This document shows, one piece after another, positions 22,751-35,459 of a stretch of DNA of 64,000 nucleotides. The number at the start of each line of letters is the position of its first letter. Within the stretch, counting starts at the first letter, position 1. This stretch comes from Haliotis rufescens (lineage: Eukaryota). The position numbers and the translations under genes are program-made. The stretch lies in assembly GCF_023055435.1 (NCBI RefSeq), contig NW_025964334.1:12896001-12960000 (forward strand), in the 5' to 3' direction. Below the pieces are notes generated by a model that was given only the letters and a program-made list of their open reading frames with translations, ran no database searches and had not been told where the DNA came from.

Positions 22751-25016
22751 TATCTTTCAGAAATATAATAGTAAGTCATAATCATTCACAAGAGGTCGGC
22801 TATTTGGTACTCCTTTGACCTGATTTTGCTGTTCACCAGAAGTCTGACCGTCCACTTCGTCGCCTCGGACTACAAGCACAGCTGACCGAGAGGAGCAGAC
22901 ATTTGTGCCCCACAGACTTTTTTTCTATCTTCCCGGGGCAAAGTGTCCACTAGCCTATATCAAAGTCCAGAAGCTAGGCTTGGTTTTGGGCAAATGGACA
23001 CGCTTGCCTCTGGGAGATGAGGCCTAACTTTGTACGCTGTATCTAAAAAATGTATATTTAGCCAAGCCTCATAATGAAATCCAAACCCAAAAGGATTATT
23101 TAAATTAAAAAAATAGAAAACGGGTACCGAAGTTCTCCGATGAACAAAAGTAATAATCAATATATTGGAGTTTTTTATATTTACTGTCCTAAAAAATAGG
23201 TTAAATAAAATTAGCTTCCTAAAAGAGTAAAAAAGTGTCATAGATAGAGATATCGTATCAGAGAAAAAGATCTGACTTTATTGAGATTAACACCTTTAAT
23301 GCATGTGCCCCAGACGACATTGCTTCATAAAAGAACACACGAAGACAGAAAACTCCAGTGCTCTCATGGCAGAGAGATCGTTCTCAATTTTGGACAGTTC
23401 AACTTTCACACTTCCTGAATGAGTTTCCGGAAGCTCTTCGCCATCAAAGCGTCTCTGGGATGCTTTTTAGTTTCTGTCATGGGGATATGCCTTCACTTGT
23501 CTCCTGGTCGTGAAAACACTTCACTCCCGAAACGTCACATTTACACAGATGAAGATGCATCACGTGGACCACTTCACGTCTGCTCCGACGTTTCTTACGT
23601 CAAAACAGTCATGCGCACAAGCAACTTGTCTTTGTTCAGCGTGACCTTGAATACTAAAACCACCGGAACAAGCTGGTATTTGAATAACTAGTCTCACAGT
23701 TCCTGAACCATATTATTTTCCCTTCCGCCCAGCCCTTACTGTAATGTTATAGCCCTAAATGACGCAAGTCTAGATTTTCTAAAGTAGAGGTCGGAAAAAC
23801 CCATCCCGCTGGGGCTCCTTTTTCAGTTTAAATGGATTTGTTTGTTTCTATCAATAGTACTTATTTTCAGAGACTAAGCGTTAGTTTTCTGAATACGTCA
23901 CGGTAATGTTACCCGGGTTCGATTCCCGACGTGGGTACAATGTACTAAAAGCGGCGGAAAACCATAACTACTCACTCACTTCTGAATACCATACACCACT
24001 CGGCCCACTCGGCTCCTCTCGGGTCATCTCGGCATATTCCGCCCCCAACATATTTGACCGAGATGAGCCGCGTATGCAACATACGTGGCTAAAATCCACT
24101 TAATTTATTTCCCGAATTAAACTTGCAAGCACTTTTTTCCGTTTGCAATTTGTACTTCATTCATACCGGAAAAATTGGAATATATTTTCTCAGAGAAACG
24201 AAAAAGGCATTGGATTAAGTGAAAACATTTTATGATTATTCACACAATTGATCATGTTACAGTGGGATATCATTTTAGTGTAAAATTAATTGATTAATAT
24301 AGATCGTCCCGGTTGACTGATTCCAATTTGTAGCATCCACTATAACTTAAACACCTGACTGAATTTAACCTTCCTTGTTTCTATCCATGCCAGGTAATGA
24401 ACATGGATTACATAGCCTGTATTGATCACTGTCCAGACGTTTCTGACGGTTTTTAATGAAAGTGAGCCAGTTTACGCCGCTTTTAGAAATGTTCCCGCAA
24501 TATCACGGCAGGGGACACCAGAAATGAGCTTCCCTAGTGTACCCATGTGGGAATCGAACCCGGGACTTCGGCGTAATGAGCAAACGTTTGAACCACAAGG
24601 CTACGCCACTGCCCTTGATGTGTGATTGAAGGGCAAACTTTGACCGTCCAATCTGAATGAAGGATGGTGTCTTCATTAGCCAATCAGATGTCAGCTTTCT
24701 AAACCGATGTGTCTCTATTTGTAAATGTCTATCAAATGTCAAACACATTGACAATTTTACATGCAAGCTGTATTTATTTATTTGTTACAGATTGAAAAAA
24801 CGCATTCACCACATTACCTTATTTTCCTAATTAGCACTAATTAAGTCCTAGATAAACACAAAGTTTACACGCACGCTAATGTTATTATTACAGTAATCCT
24901 TTCGTGCCAGGAATCGTCAGAAAACAAAGGAAATTGGAGATTGGGACCAATATTCTGTGTCGGGATCCGGAATAGACAGATGCTAGAGTACTCAGAGTTT
25001 AAGTAATAATGTTTTA

Positions 25017-25296
25017 GTGAGTGAGTGAGTTGTGTTTAACGCCGCTTTTAACAGTATTCCAGTTATATCGCGGCTTGTCAGCTTAATGTGGGAGGAAAGC
25101 CCGGAGTGATGCAGGTCTCAGACGTTTACCACTTCGGTGAAACCCACGAGCACGGGTATGGTGCTGACAAACCTAGAAACATAATCGGGGCGAACCGGGA
25201 TTCGAACCCACAACCATAGGTTTCTAGCTCGCCCAAGGGACGCAACTCGGCACAGCGAATCGCGGCGCCTTAGACGACTGGGCCACCCGTGCCCCC
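25017..25296 (-). mobile_element. SINE family D (~275 bp, tRNA-Leu-like head, (ACTC)n tail)
   Basis: tggcccagtcgtctaaggcg D-arm-like A box, gtgggttcgaatccc B box, TSD taataatgtttta. Copies at 10205-10480, 12372-12641 and 20667-20947; decayed copies at ~18537, 20548, 25410, 34916-35300, 51930 and 54190. Confidence 0.88.
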
Positions 25297-27368
25297 TAAT
25301 AATGTTTTAACTTGGGGCCGAAAATAAATGTCGGTTTATAGAGAGTGTCGGAGTACTCTCAGATTCCGGTTGAGACTGTCCACTGTATATAGAGGAATAA
25401 TAAAGACGAATATGCGATTCGAACCCACAATCATAGATTCCTGGTACGCCTAAGGGACGCAACTCTGAACAGAATATTGCGGCATCTGAGACGACAGGTC
25501 CACCTGTTCCATGCATATGAGAGACCGAATGGTCAGGGGGTGACTTTTTTGGTGAGCCGGCTTAACTTTCAAGTGTTGACATTTTGCGTGTATCCCGAGA
25601 ACTCAGAAACCGTGTTTACACGGACCGACAACCCATTACATATACCTACCCAGACAAAGAAAAACCAAGTTCATACCATGACTTCGCCGTTACAAGATGC
25701 CTGTCTGGTTTAGTGTAACAAGTTTTCGACCCGTTCGCTTAGTTTCATCTGCTTTTGCATCAAAAGCATTCAATTCTTATAATGTGTCCTTAATATAATT
25801 AAATAGCCATTGCTCTTGCATATGGCACGGAATGAAGGTTTGCAGATTTGAGTTACACCAATCACTGCTGATTTATTCTGAAATACGACCTTCAGGTTGT
25901 AACAGAACGTCGAACGGCGTTCCGCCATGATCAAGCATTAATTGTAAGCCAAGACACGCTATTCGTCAACCCCGGACATTATGGAGCGCCTCACCTGAGA
26001 GTTATGTCCCCTGACGGCCGCGTTTACACGTGACAGCCTGACAGGCGTCGGGAAGCTAATGCACTTTAACACAGAACTGTAAATAATGAACATGCGGCTC
26101 AGGGCAAATCCCCTACAGGTATCATTAAGCGAGCAACGACAGATATCATCCCGTCTCAGCCTATCCCCGCGGGCCGAACAAACTATAAAACCATTCTTGG
26201 AAGTCACACAGTTAGACTGGTTCTCCCTAGGGTGTGCGTTGGAGTTTCGGTGCTGGATTCACTGCAGACAAGAACCAAGTCTGTTTACCTTTGTCACGCA
26301 CCTTCTCGTATAGTCTCGTTGAACATCGATCCGGGATAGTTTACGTAAAATTCCAATCGATTCCCATCTATCGAAAAGCTCCCGATCCAAGATTTGTCTC
26401 TAATTCATCGCAGAGCAGCTGGCGCAACGAGTTCAGCTTTTATCTTTTCCAGCCATTATTTCAGGAAATGGGCTTCAAACACTGATAGCATTAAAATGAA
26501 AATATTGGTAATGAAGCCACAATGGTGGTTGCAGATTTATGGATGCATCCAGGGTACAATGTTTAATGTCAAACCATCGTACATCGTCATCACAGAATAG
26601 CAGTAGGCTTTGTACCGTCAATGAGACAAGGAAAGTAATTAGTGGCTCACATAAATTGTGTCCGTCGGACCGTGAGCGAGAAAATCAGAAATATGTGTGA
26701 TCTGCTCAGCGAAATACAAATTTAAGTAGGAGAGCGGAGGTGAGCGCTGCTGGAGAACTCAAGAGGAAAGATAAAAGCTAGTAACGGTTTTCCCCAAATG
26801 AAGCAGATGGTAGGTGTTTCGATCTCTGGTTACGTCATGCCAAAAAAATGTTTTAAGATTGTACTTGTTGTTACCCTGCCTGGCGCTAGGCATTATTAAG
26901 GGGCTTTAACAAGGACTGGACGGCTTGGAGTCAGTGTACTGAGTCTGAGTGGGGTATTAATGTTAAACTGCGGCATATGGTACCTCGGTGCATTTGCTAG
27001 CTCTATGAAACTGAAATTAGTTATGACTAGCGCACGCACGAACGCAAGCACGCGCGTGCGACCTTCACGTCGCTATAAAGGTGCAATAATATTTAACGCG
27101 ACGTAAACCCCATTTCACCAAACCTCAACTCATGACATTTACATTCTGTAATATATTACTAAAAATGAAAGGCCATTTATTGGTTCCTGTTCTTCTGAGG
27201 TTCCTAATTTTCGTATATATCCTCTTATGCTGATCACGGGGTTCAAAATGAGGTTAAAGTTTTACTGACTTCATCATAACGTTATAACCAATATCTTCCC
27301 TGGTGGAGGTTTTGCAGACAACTTACCATCTCTGACTTGTAATTCAAAGGGTGTTAGTTGATGGAGAG

Positions 27369-27533
27369 TGAGTGAGTGAGTATGGTTTTACGCCGCTTTT
27401 AGCAATATTCCAGCAATATCACGGCGGGGGACACCAGAAATGGGTTTCACACATTGTACCCATGTCGGGAATCGAACCCGGGTCTTCGGCGTGACGAGCG
27501 AACGCTTTAACCACTAGGCTACCCGACCGCCCC
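27369..27533 (-). mobile_element. SINE family A (~165 bp, tRNA-Asp/Glu-like head, (ACTC)n tail); young copy
   Basis: A box tagcctagtgg, B box gggttcgattccc, 16-bp TSD gttagttgatggagag. Other copies at ~2075, 7709, 12193, 15133, 18753, 23911, 24460, 30029, 31365, 32500, 33254, 42112, 44273 and 62378. Confidence 0.9.
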
Positions 27534-27596
27534 GTTAGTTGATGGAGAGAAATCACTGGAATGTCACGGATGACTTCAATTTTGATCTGACACATT

Positions 27597-29144
27597 GGTT
27601 ATATCCCATTAGTTAGACGTCCCATTAGTTAGTCGTCCCAATTGTTAGACATGTTTATTTAGGCAAAGAGGGAATATACCTACAGGTGTAATGGATCAGT
27701 CCTAATTAGATTAAAGTACTTGGTAGGGATAGGGGACTCACAGTTTATGGAGTATATATGTTATAATTTCGTTTAATCAACCTAAATTACCTTACACTCA
27801 GCACAGGTTCAATAGGCATGAGATTAACTATGTAAACTATGGAGTAGCTTAATTGTCTTACTGTATGATCAGTTGAAGGAGTTGAGTTTAGATTATCTAC
27901 TCATCAAACAAATAAAAATGATCTTGGGGTACGTATCATTATCAGTATCGATATGGCTGGTTTAAGGAAAGTAGAGTACCTCACCTCTCGGCGTGGAAGT
28001 GAGCAGTTGATATTAGATGGAGAATTATATTTACAACAGAAATCGCGAGAGGCAAACCTTCACACATTGGAGGTGTGTCGTCAAGACGTGCAATGGGAAA
28101 TGTACAACTGTCGGTGACTTTCTTTGCAATCAGTCGGAACATAACCATCCGCCTGAAGATGAAACCAGAGTGAACTTTGTCAGCAATCTTCGTAAAAGAG
28201 CGCGAGAAGAAACCACACAGATGCAGGCATTGTACGAGGAGCAAGTCACTCAAGTAGATGAAGCCAACATGCCAGCGATGCCATCATTTCAGAGCGTGAA
28301 AAGTGCACTGTACAGGTAAATATCATCTCGTATTTTTGACTTGGTTAGAATTTACTTCTTTTTTTTTCGTTCCCACATAACTTGTTTCGCTCTTAAACAT
28401 TTCAAGTTAATGAAATCATTATCAATATTTCATGTAACATATGTGTAACTGTTCCTTGGCTCTTGTTCAGGCGTTACATTCCAGCGTTACCCAGGTCGCG
28501 GTCAGCAGTAGGCATTGAAGACAAATGGTCAGAGACAACATATGGACGTCCCTTTCTACTGTTCAGCGACGGCGACGATGACAAGATCCTGGCGTTCTCC
28601 ACTGCAGAACAGATACAAGCCCTCCAGGAAGCTGACACTCTTTACATGGATGGTACCTTCACAGCATGTCCAGGTTTATGGGATCAAGTATACATCATTC
28701 ATGCCAGAGTTGGTCCCATCATCTTCCCTCTAGTGTTTGCCCTTTTGCCAGATCGCCAAGCAACAACCTATGGCCGCCTTTTTCGACAACTGAAGACAGA
28801 AGTTCAAGAGCGACTCAACAGACCTCTGTCACCTAGCACACTTGCTTCGTCTGGGATAAATAAACTGTAAAAGTTATTAAATGTAAAGTGTACATTACCA
28901 AAAACTGTCACAAAGTGTTGTTACAAACTGTATAAAATTTATCAAATGTAAAGTGTCATTAAATGTTAAGTATAATATTAAAGTATCTATTTAAAGCTGC
29001 TTTGCTTTGTTTGTCAGATCTTATCTGGACTATTCCATTTTAAAGTCTGAGGTAACAAGCATAAGGATTAGTGTGCACTCAACCGTTTAAAGTGTTGTTT
29101 TAAGCTGTCTAACTATTGGGACGTCTAACCAATGGGAGGACACC
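27597..29144 (+). mobile_element. Defective Mutator-like (MULE) DNA transposon with FLYWCH-type zinc finger
   Basis: 8-bp TSD GACACATT (27589-27596 and 29145-29152) and imperfect TIRs containing cccattagttagacgtccca. Transposase gene from ATG 27953 with a frameshift near 28020, a WRC..C..HNH finger, a GT-AG intron at 28316-28470 and the MULE motif YMDGTF...FPLVFALLP; truncated near 28840. Confidence 0.9.
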
Positions 29145-29339
29145 GACACATTTACCACTGTGAAACTGACATCAAAATGTAACCCTCGAAGAATCCAATA
29201 ATAAATCAAATGCAACAGCGATGGCACCAGGTGCTTGCGAAAAGGTGAACATATCCTGCCTCACTGGTAGCTCCCGTCACAAACACATGCAAAAGCAAGG
29301 CAAAGCTCACCCGAAAACAAACAAAACACGGGAACTTAC

Positions 29340-30020
29340 GGCATGAGCCGAAATAGAGAACCCTCATCCAAGATCACTACATCCGATTGCGCCACCTACG
29401 TGAAAGGAAGACCACAGCCACCTCAACCGCATCGTAAATACCCGGACTGCGCAGAATCTCCGACCAGACCGTACGAAACCGTTTAAGAGCAGCAGGTCTA
29501 CGAGCGAAACGTCCTGTACGACGCGCCATATTGAGTCGACAACATCGTCAACAACGGCTGCATTGGTCTCGTCAACACAGGGTATCGCCTCAACTGCGAT
29601 GGAGAGATGTCTGGTTCAGAGACGAACCAAGGTTTCTCCTCCGTCGAGGGGATTGAAGAGCACGGGTCTACAGATGTCGGGGAGAACTTTCCGCCGGAAA
29701 CTGCGTACAGGAAGTGGACAGGTTTGATGGGGGTAGTGTTATGATGTGGGCGGCTATCTCTCATCATGGCAGGACAGGTTTGGTCCATATCCAGGGCAAT
29801 CTTGCGGCTCAACGATACATCAACGAAATTCTTCTACCACACGTCCTCCCAAATGCAGCTAACGGCAACTGTGTATTCCAGCAGGACAACGCTCAACCGC
29901 ATACATACAGCACGGATCACTAGAGCCTGTCTACACAACAACAACGTTGATGTTCTCCCCTGGCCCTCTAGATCCCAGGATTTGAACCCGACAGAGCACC
30001 TGTGGGATAAATTGGATAGA
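29340..30020 (+). pseudogene. Decayed Tc1-family transposase fragment
   Basis: Motifs ISDQTVRNRLRAAGL, VWFRDEPRF, GGSVMMWAAI, FQQDNA.PH and WPSRSQDLNPTEHLWD; contains in-frame stops and a frameshift, and is cut by a SINE at ~30029. Confidence 0.9.
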
Positions 30021-30304
30021 CCCAACCCTATTCCAGCAATATCACGGCGGGGGACACTGGAAAATGGGCTTCACACATTGTACCCATGTGGGGAATCGAA
30101 CCCGGGCCTTCGACGTGACGAGCCAACATTTAACCATTAAGCTACCCCACCGCCCCGTAAATGTGTTAACCCCAGTGGGGTATTATATGCATATAAACGC
30201 ATTTCGACATTTGCCCTACCAGATCGTCTTGCAACACTCCTGTTTACTTCACTTACTTCACTGGTTACGATAGTTGTTGTCAAAGCACACATCATTTCAG
30301 ATTA

Positions 30305-30546
30305 GACCCGTGAAGATCCGGGGTAGAATAGGTCTTCAGCAACCCATGCTAGCCGTAAAAGGCATGCTTGTCGTAAAAGGCGACTAACGGAATCGGGTGG
30401 TCAGGCTCGCTGACTTGGTTGATGCATGTCATCGATCACAATTGCGCGGATCGATGCTCATGATATTAATCACTGGATTGTCTGATCCAGACTCAATTAT
30501 TTACAGACCGCTGGAATATTGCTGAGTGCGGCGTTAAACAACAAAC
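30305..30546 (+). mobile_element. Retroposon family B (~250-270 bp, non-tRNA structured head, (AAAC)n tail)
   Basis: Starts gacccgtgaagatccggggtagaataggtcttcagcaacccatgc and ends gctgagtgcggcgttaaacaacaaac. Copies at ~1236-1495, 11301-11541, 12078-12190, 14845-15120, 15925-16195, 17733-18156, 22041-22280, 31641-31882, 34410-34852, 43048-43255, 45815-46082, 51678-51921, 54661-54840 and 63920-64000. Confidence 0.88.
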
Positions 30547-30667
30547 ACACATTTTAGATCAAATTTCAATCTAATTGTCCACGTGTTGTCTGTATTCTTT
30601 CAATTGCGGCCCTTGCCAAACTGAAGGGTCAGTGCATCTCTGATGTCCATGAAGGACGCCTCCGTTG

Positions 30668-30908
30668 NNNNNNNNNNNNNNNNNNNNNNNNNNNNNNNNN
30701 NNNNNNNNNNNNNNNNNNNNNNNNNNNNNNNNNNNNNNNNNNNNNNNNNNNNNNNNNNNNNNNNNNNNNNNNNNNNNNNNNNNNNNNNNNNNNNNNNNNN
30801 NNNNNNNNNNNNNNNNNNNNNNNNNNNNNNNNNNNNNNNNNNNNNNNNNNNNNNNNNNNNNNNNNNNNNNNNNNNNNNNNNNNNNNNNNNNNNNNNNNNN
30901 NNNNNNNN
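30668..30908. other. Assembly gap (others at 31973-32161, 52759-52909, 63642-63806)
   Basis: Runs of N. Confidence 1.
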
Positions 30909-30916
30909 CCAGTCTG

Positions 30917-31023
30917 GGCACCGTTCCACAAAGCGATCTTAGCGTTACGACTATCGTAAGCCAGTGTTAAAGTATGGGACTTACGATCACCTTAGCGCTA
31001 AGATGGCTTTGTGGAACGGGGCC
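30917..31023. mobile_element. 107-bp palindromic MITE with CTG TSD (duplicated at 32170-32276)
   Basis: ctg|ggcaccgttccacaaag...ctttgtggaacggggcc|ctg. Confidence 0.8.
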
Positions 31024-31094
31024 CTGGTAGGTAGGGCCGATCTTTGTTTATACACAGGCTGTGTAGTGCGACAGCTGCAGCCACAAGGGTTGAC

Positions 31095-31357
31095 TCTCAT
31101 CATGGCAGGACAGGTTTGGTCCATATCCAGGGCAATCTTGCGGCTCAACGATACATCAACGAAATTCTTCTACCACACGTCCTCCCAAATGCAGCTAACG
31201 GCAACTGTGTATTCCAGCAGGACAACGCTCAACCGCATACATACAGCACGGATCACTAGAGCCTGTCTACACAACAACAACGTTGATGTTCTCCCCTGGC
31301 CCTCTAGATCCCAGGATTTGAACCCGACAGAGCACCTGTGGGATAAATTGGATAGAC
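31095..31357 (+). pseudogene. Second, essentially identical copy of the Tc1 C-terminal fragment (probable assembly duplication)
   Basis: Sequence repeats 29759-30020 together with its downstream SINE context. Confidence 0.75.
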
Positions 31358-34300
31358 CCAACCCTATTCCAGCAATATCACGGCGGGGGACACTGGAAAA
31401 TGGGCTTCACACATTGTACCCATGTGGGGAATCGAACCCGGGCCTTCGACGTGACGAGCCAACATTTAACCATTAAGCTACCCCACCGCCCCGTAAATGT
31501 GTTAACCCCAGTGGGGTATTATATGCATATAAACGCATTTCGACATTTGCCCTACCAGATCGTCTTGCAACACTCCTGTTTACTTCACTTACTTCACTGG
31601 TTACGATAGTTGTTGTCAAAGCACACATCATTTCAGATTAGACCCGTGAAGATCCGGGGTAGAATAGGTCTTCAGCAACCCATGCTTGCCGTAAAAGGCA
31701 TGCTTGTCGTAAAAGGCGACTAACGGAATCGGGTGGTCAGGCTCGCTGACTTGGTTGATGCATGTCATCGATCACAATTGCGCGGATCGATGCTCATGAT
31801 ATTAATCACTGGATTGTCTGATCCAGACTCAATTATTTACAGACCGCTGGAATATTGCTGAGTGCGGCGTTAAACAACAAACACACATTTTAGATCAAAT
31901 TTCAATCTAATTGTCCACGTGTTGTCTGTATTCTTTCAATTGCTCTGATGTCCATGAAGGACGCCTCCGTTGNNNNNNNNNNNNNNNNNNNNNNNNNNNN
32001 NNNNNNNNNNNNNNNNNNNNNNNNNNNNNNNNNNNNNNNNNNNNNNNNNNNNNNNNNNNNNNNNNNNNNNNNNNNNNNNNNNNNNNNNNNNNNNNNNNNN
32101 NNNNNNNNNNNNNNNNNNNNNNNNNNNNNNNNNNNNNNNNNNNNNNNNNNNNNNNNNNNNNCCAGTCTGGGCACCGTTCCACAAAGCGATCTTAGCGTTA
32201 CGACTATCGTAAGCCAGTGTTAAAGTATGGGACTTACGATCACCTTAGCGCTAAGATGGCTTTGTGGAACGGGGCCCTGGTAGGTAGGGCCGATCTTTGT
32301 TTATACACAGGCTGTGTAGTGCGACAGCTGCAGCCACAAGGGTTGACACGAAATTAACATCAATGTCAACCCTCTTGAGGAAACGCCTCCATCTCCCTTC
32401 AAACCATCACAGCCTGCATAACAATGGAGTTCCACCCGTTAATATCTGTTTCCCAAAATCAGGGGGGGGGGGGGGGGGGGTGTGTGGCTGGGGGGGGGGG
32501 GGCCTAGTGGTTAAAGTGTTCGCTCGACACGGGTTCGATTCCCCACATAGGTACAATGTTCGAAGCCCATTTCTGGTGGCTCCCGCCGTGATATTGCTGG
32601 TATTTTCTTTAAAAAGGCGTAAAACAATACTCAGCATGGCAATACTTTGGGGCAAGGACACGTGAAGCATCTATTGTTCCTTCACAGTTCGGAGAGTTCT
32701 ATTTGTCTTTTAAACTAAGCCCATTTATAGAATCCCCGCCGTGATATTGCTGGAATATTGCTTTAAGCGGCGTAAAAACATATTCACTCGCTCACTTTAG
32801 AACCATTAATGACAGTTCATTGAAAATCCTCTGATGTATGGCGTCGCAGACGTCATGGACGCAGATACACAGTTGACCTGGCTATTCCCAACAAGTTACC
32901 CGCAGTTCAGTGCTCCACGGTTGTGGCCAATACACAGCGACTGCTACCCCATATTCAGGCTCTGGTTGTAGGCAGATGAGTGAGTGAGTTAAAGCTTTAC
33001 GTCACATCGGCAATATTTCAGCCATATCGTGACGAGAACACTTATAATACTGACATTAATGTAGGCAGATGACTTGAAACAGGGCGAGACACTTTGAAAT
33101 GTTTTTAAAACAATATGGTTTCACCGACTTCTGCATCTTTCCTACATCCAGATTAATCTTTCTCATAGAAAAGACGAGCTTATTGGTAAATCACACTCTT
33201 GTTTCAAACGTTGCCTTCTCCTTCTCCGAGCACTACGTCCAAACCTCTCCGATGCGGTCGGGTGGACTAGTGGTTAAAGCTTTCGCCCGTCACGCCGAAG
33301 ACCCGGGTTCGATTCCCGACGTGGGTACAATGGGTGAAGCCAATGGGTGAATATTGCTAAAAGCGGCGTAAAACCATACTCGCTCACTCCAAACCTCTCC
33401 ACTGTCTTGACTCAGATTAGTTAAATTGATTGACATATTATGAACTACTCATAGTATACCCGTGCATATTAACACCACTTTTTATCCTTTCCCCGATGGA
33501 CTGGGCTGGGGGTGGGAGTTGGGTATTGTACCCCTGGGAGCAAAAAGGATGCATATAAAACGGCTAAAATAAAGAAAGGCTTTTTTCACCCTTTCAGACA
33601 CAAAGTTAGACTTTTTCGCCAGCAGGCAATTTTGTATTCAGCACTTGCAATATGTGTGCTTCATTACAATATAAATATAATCATATATACAGTTTGGAAA
33701 TATTTCCTCAAATACTTTGTCTTTGTAAGTCAGACAGGAAAAGTGTTGATATAAATATTCAGGCATTTTCTTTTCAATGATATTGTTACCAGTTTCCATC
33801 GTTTCAAAACATGTCCTTGTGGAAATTAGGTATTATCTTGTCGTTCGATGGCGGAGGTCTATTGCCGACATTGGCCGATAGACATCATTCATGAAATAAA
33901 ATACCACGTATGTTTCGCCGGTCTTATGTTCTCAATGGTGAGGATGTCGAAACCGCAACTGAAATGAATGCCGAGGTATCCCAGTGCAGCTCAAATTGAC
34001 GTAATGTTGTGCAAAATCAATGCTTTCACCCAGAACATAAGTCGGTTGCAGCCAAGCTATTCGAGTTGGAAGAAGTTTGTGTTCTCAGAACACTACACCG
34101 GGAAATGGAAATAAACATTTATCATCAATCTCTTCGTTCGCAGATTTTATTGTTTTGCATGTATACTTTATTTTAAATCTACAATAGGCGCACGAGCGTG
34201 GACACAGCGGACCGGGGTGCATATTGGATAGATTTGCTAGAAACAAATGCACATTTATGTTTTTGTTTTTGTTGTTTAACGCCGCAGCTATATGACGGCG

Positions 34301-35459
34301 GAAATGGACGAAATGGAAAAAAAAGGAAATTTGTTGAGGCTTGACTGCAGTTGCGTGCGGCTCAATCGAGGATACAATATCGGTATTAGCTATTCTTTCA
34401 TAATTTTATTTGTTGACACATTCAGTAATATTCCTGCTGTATGACACCGGTCTGTAAATAATCGAGTCTGGACCAGACAATCCAGTGATTGACATCATGA
34501 GTATCGATCTACGCAATTGGGATACGATGACATGCATCCAAGTACCATCTTTTAGTATGACCCTGCTGGAGGATCGAACCACCGACCTTCCGCTATTGGG
34601 CAGATTCTCTATCCACTGGACTATGGAGGTTGGTTTGTTGTTTAATACGGCACTAAGCAATATTCCATCTGTCTGGACCAGACAATCCAGTGCTTGATAT
34701 CTTGAGCATCAATCCACGCAGTTGAGATACGATGACATGCATCAGTGAGCCTGACCACCGATCCCGTTAGTCGCCTCCTACAACAAGCATAGTCGCCTTT
34801 TACGGCAAGCATGGGTTGCTGAAAACCTATTCTACCCCGGATCTTTAGGGGTATGATCAGGTATGACTTAGGCTTGTATACCCATTCTGTTCAAATAAAT
34901 AATATTCATATCATGTGAGTGCCTGAGTGAGTTTGGTTTAATGCTGCTTTGAACAGTATTTTAGTTACATTACAGCTTGTCAGGTTGAAGCTGGATGAAA
35001 AGATGCAGGCCTCACAGGTTTACCAGCTTGGTGAAACCTACCAGCTCATGTGATATGCTGGCAAATGCGGAGTGAGTTGGGTTTAAGGCAGCTTTGAACA
35101 GTATTCCAGTCATATCACCTCCACTTATTGTGGGAGGAAAGCCCATGATGCAGGTCTTAGACGTTTACAACTTTGGTGACACCTATGGGCAGGGTAGGGT
35201 GCTGCCAAACCTAGAAACATAAGGAGGTTTCGGATGAACCCAAGGGGTGCCAACTCTGCACAATGAATGTGCCTTTGATGACTGGGCCACCCGTGTCCTA
35301 ACAAACCTAGAAACACAATCAGGGCAAAACTGGGAGTGGAACCAATGATTTCTGTCATGCCTATGGGATGGAACTATCCACAGACATTTACCAAGCCTTA
35401 GACCATTGGGACAGCCCCAATCCTCTGTTGAAGGGACAACAACATACAACAGACTAAAG

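Noticed and set aside
22840-22960. Possible + strand exon after gctgttcaccag
   Set aside because: No partner exon or homology; cannot be distinguished from chance.
27369-27533. Functional tRNA genes at SINE heads
   Set aside because: No complete cloverleaf; each is followed by a SINE body and tail and flanked by a TSD.
30964-31476. 170-aa ORF
   Set aside because: Chimera of MITE, Tc1 fragment and SINE across a suspect assembly junction.
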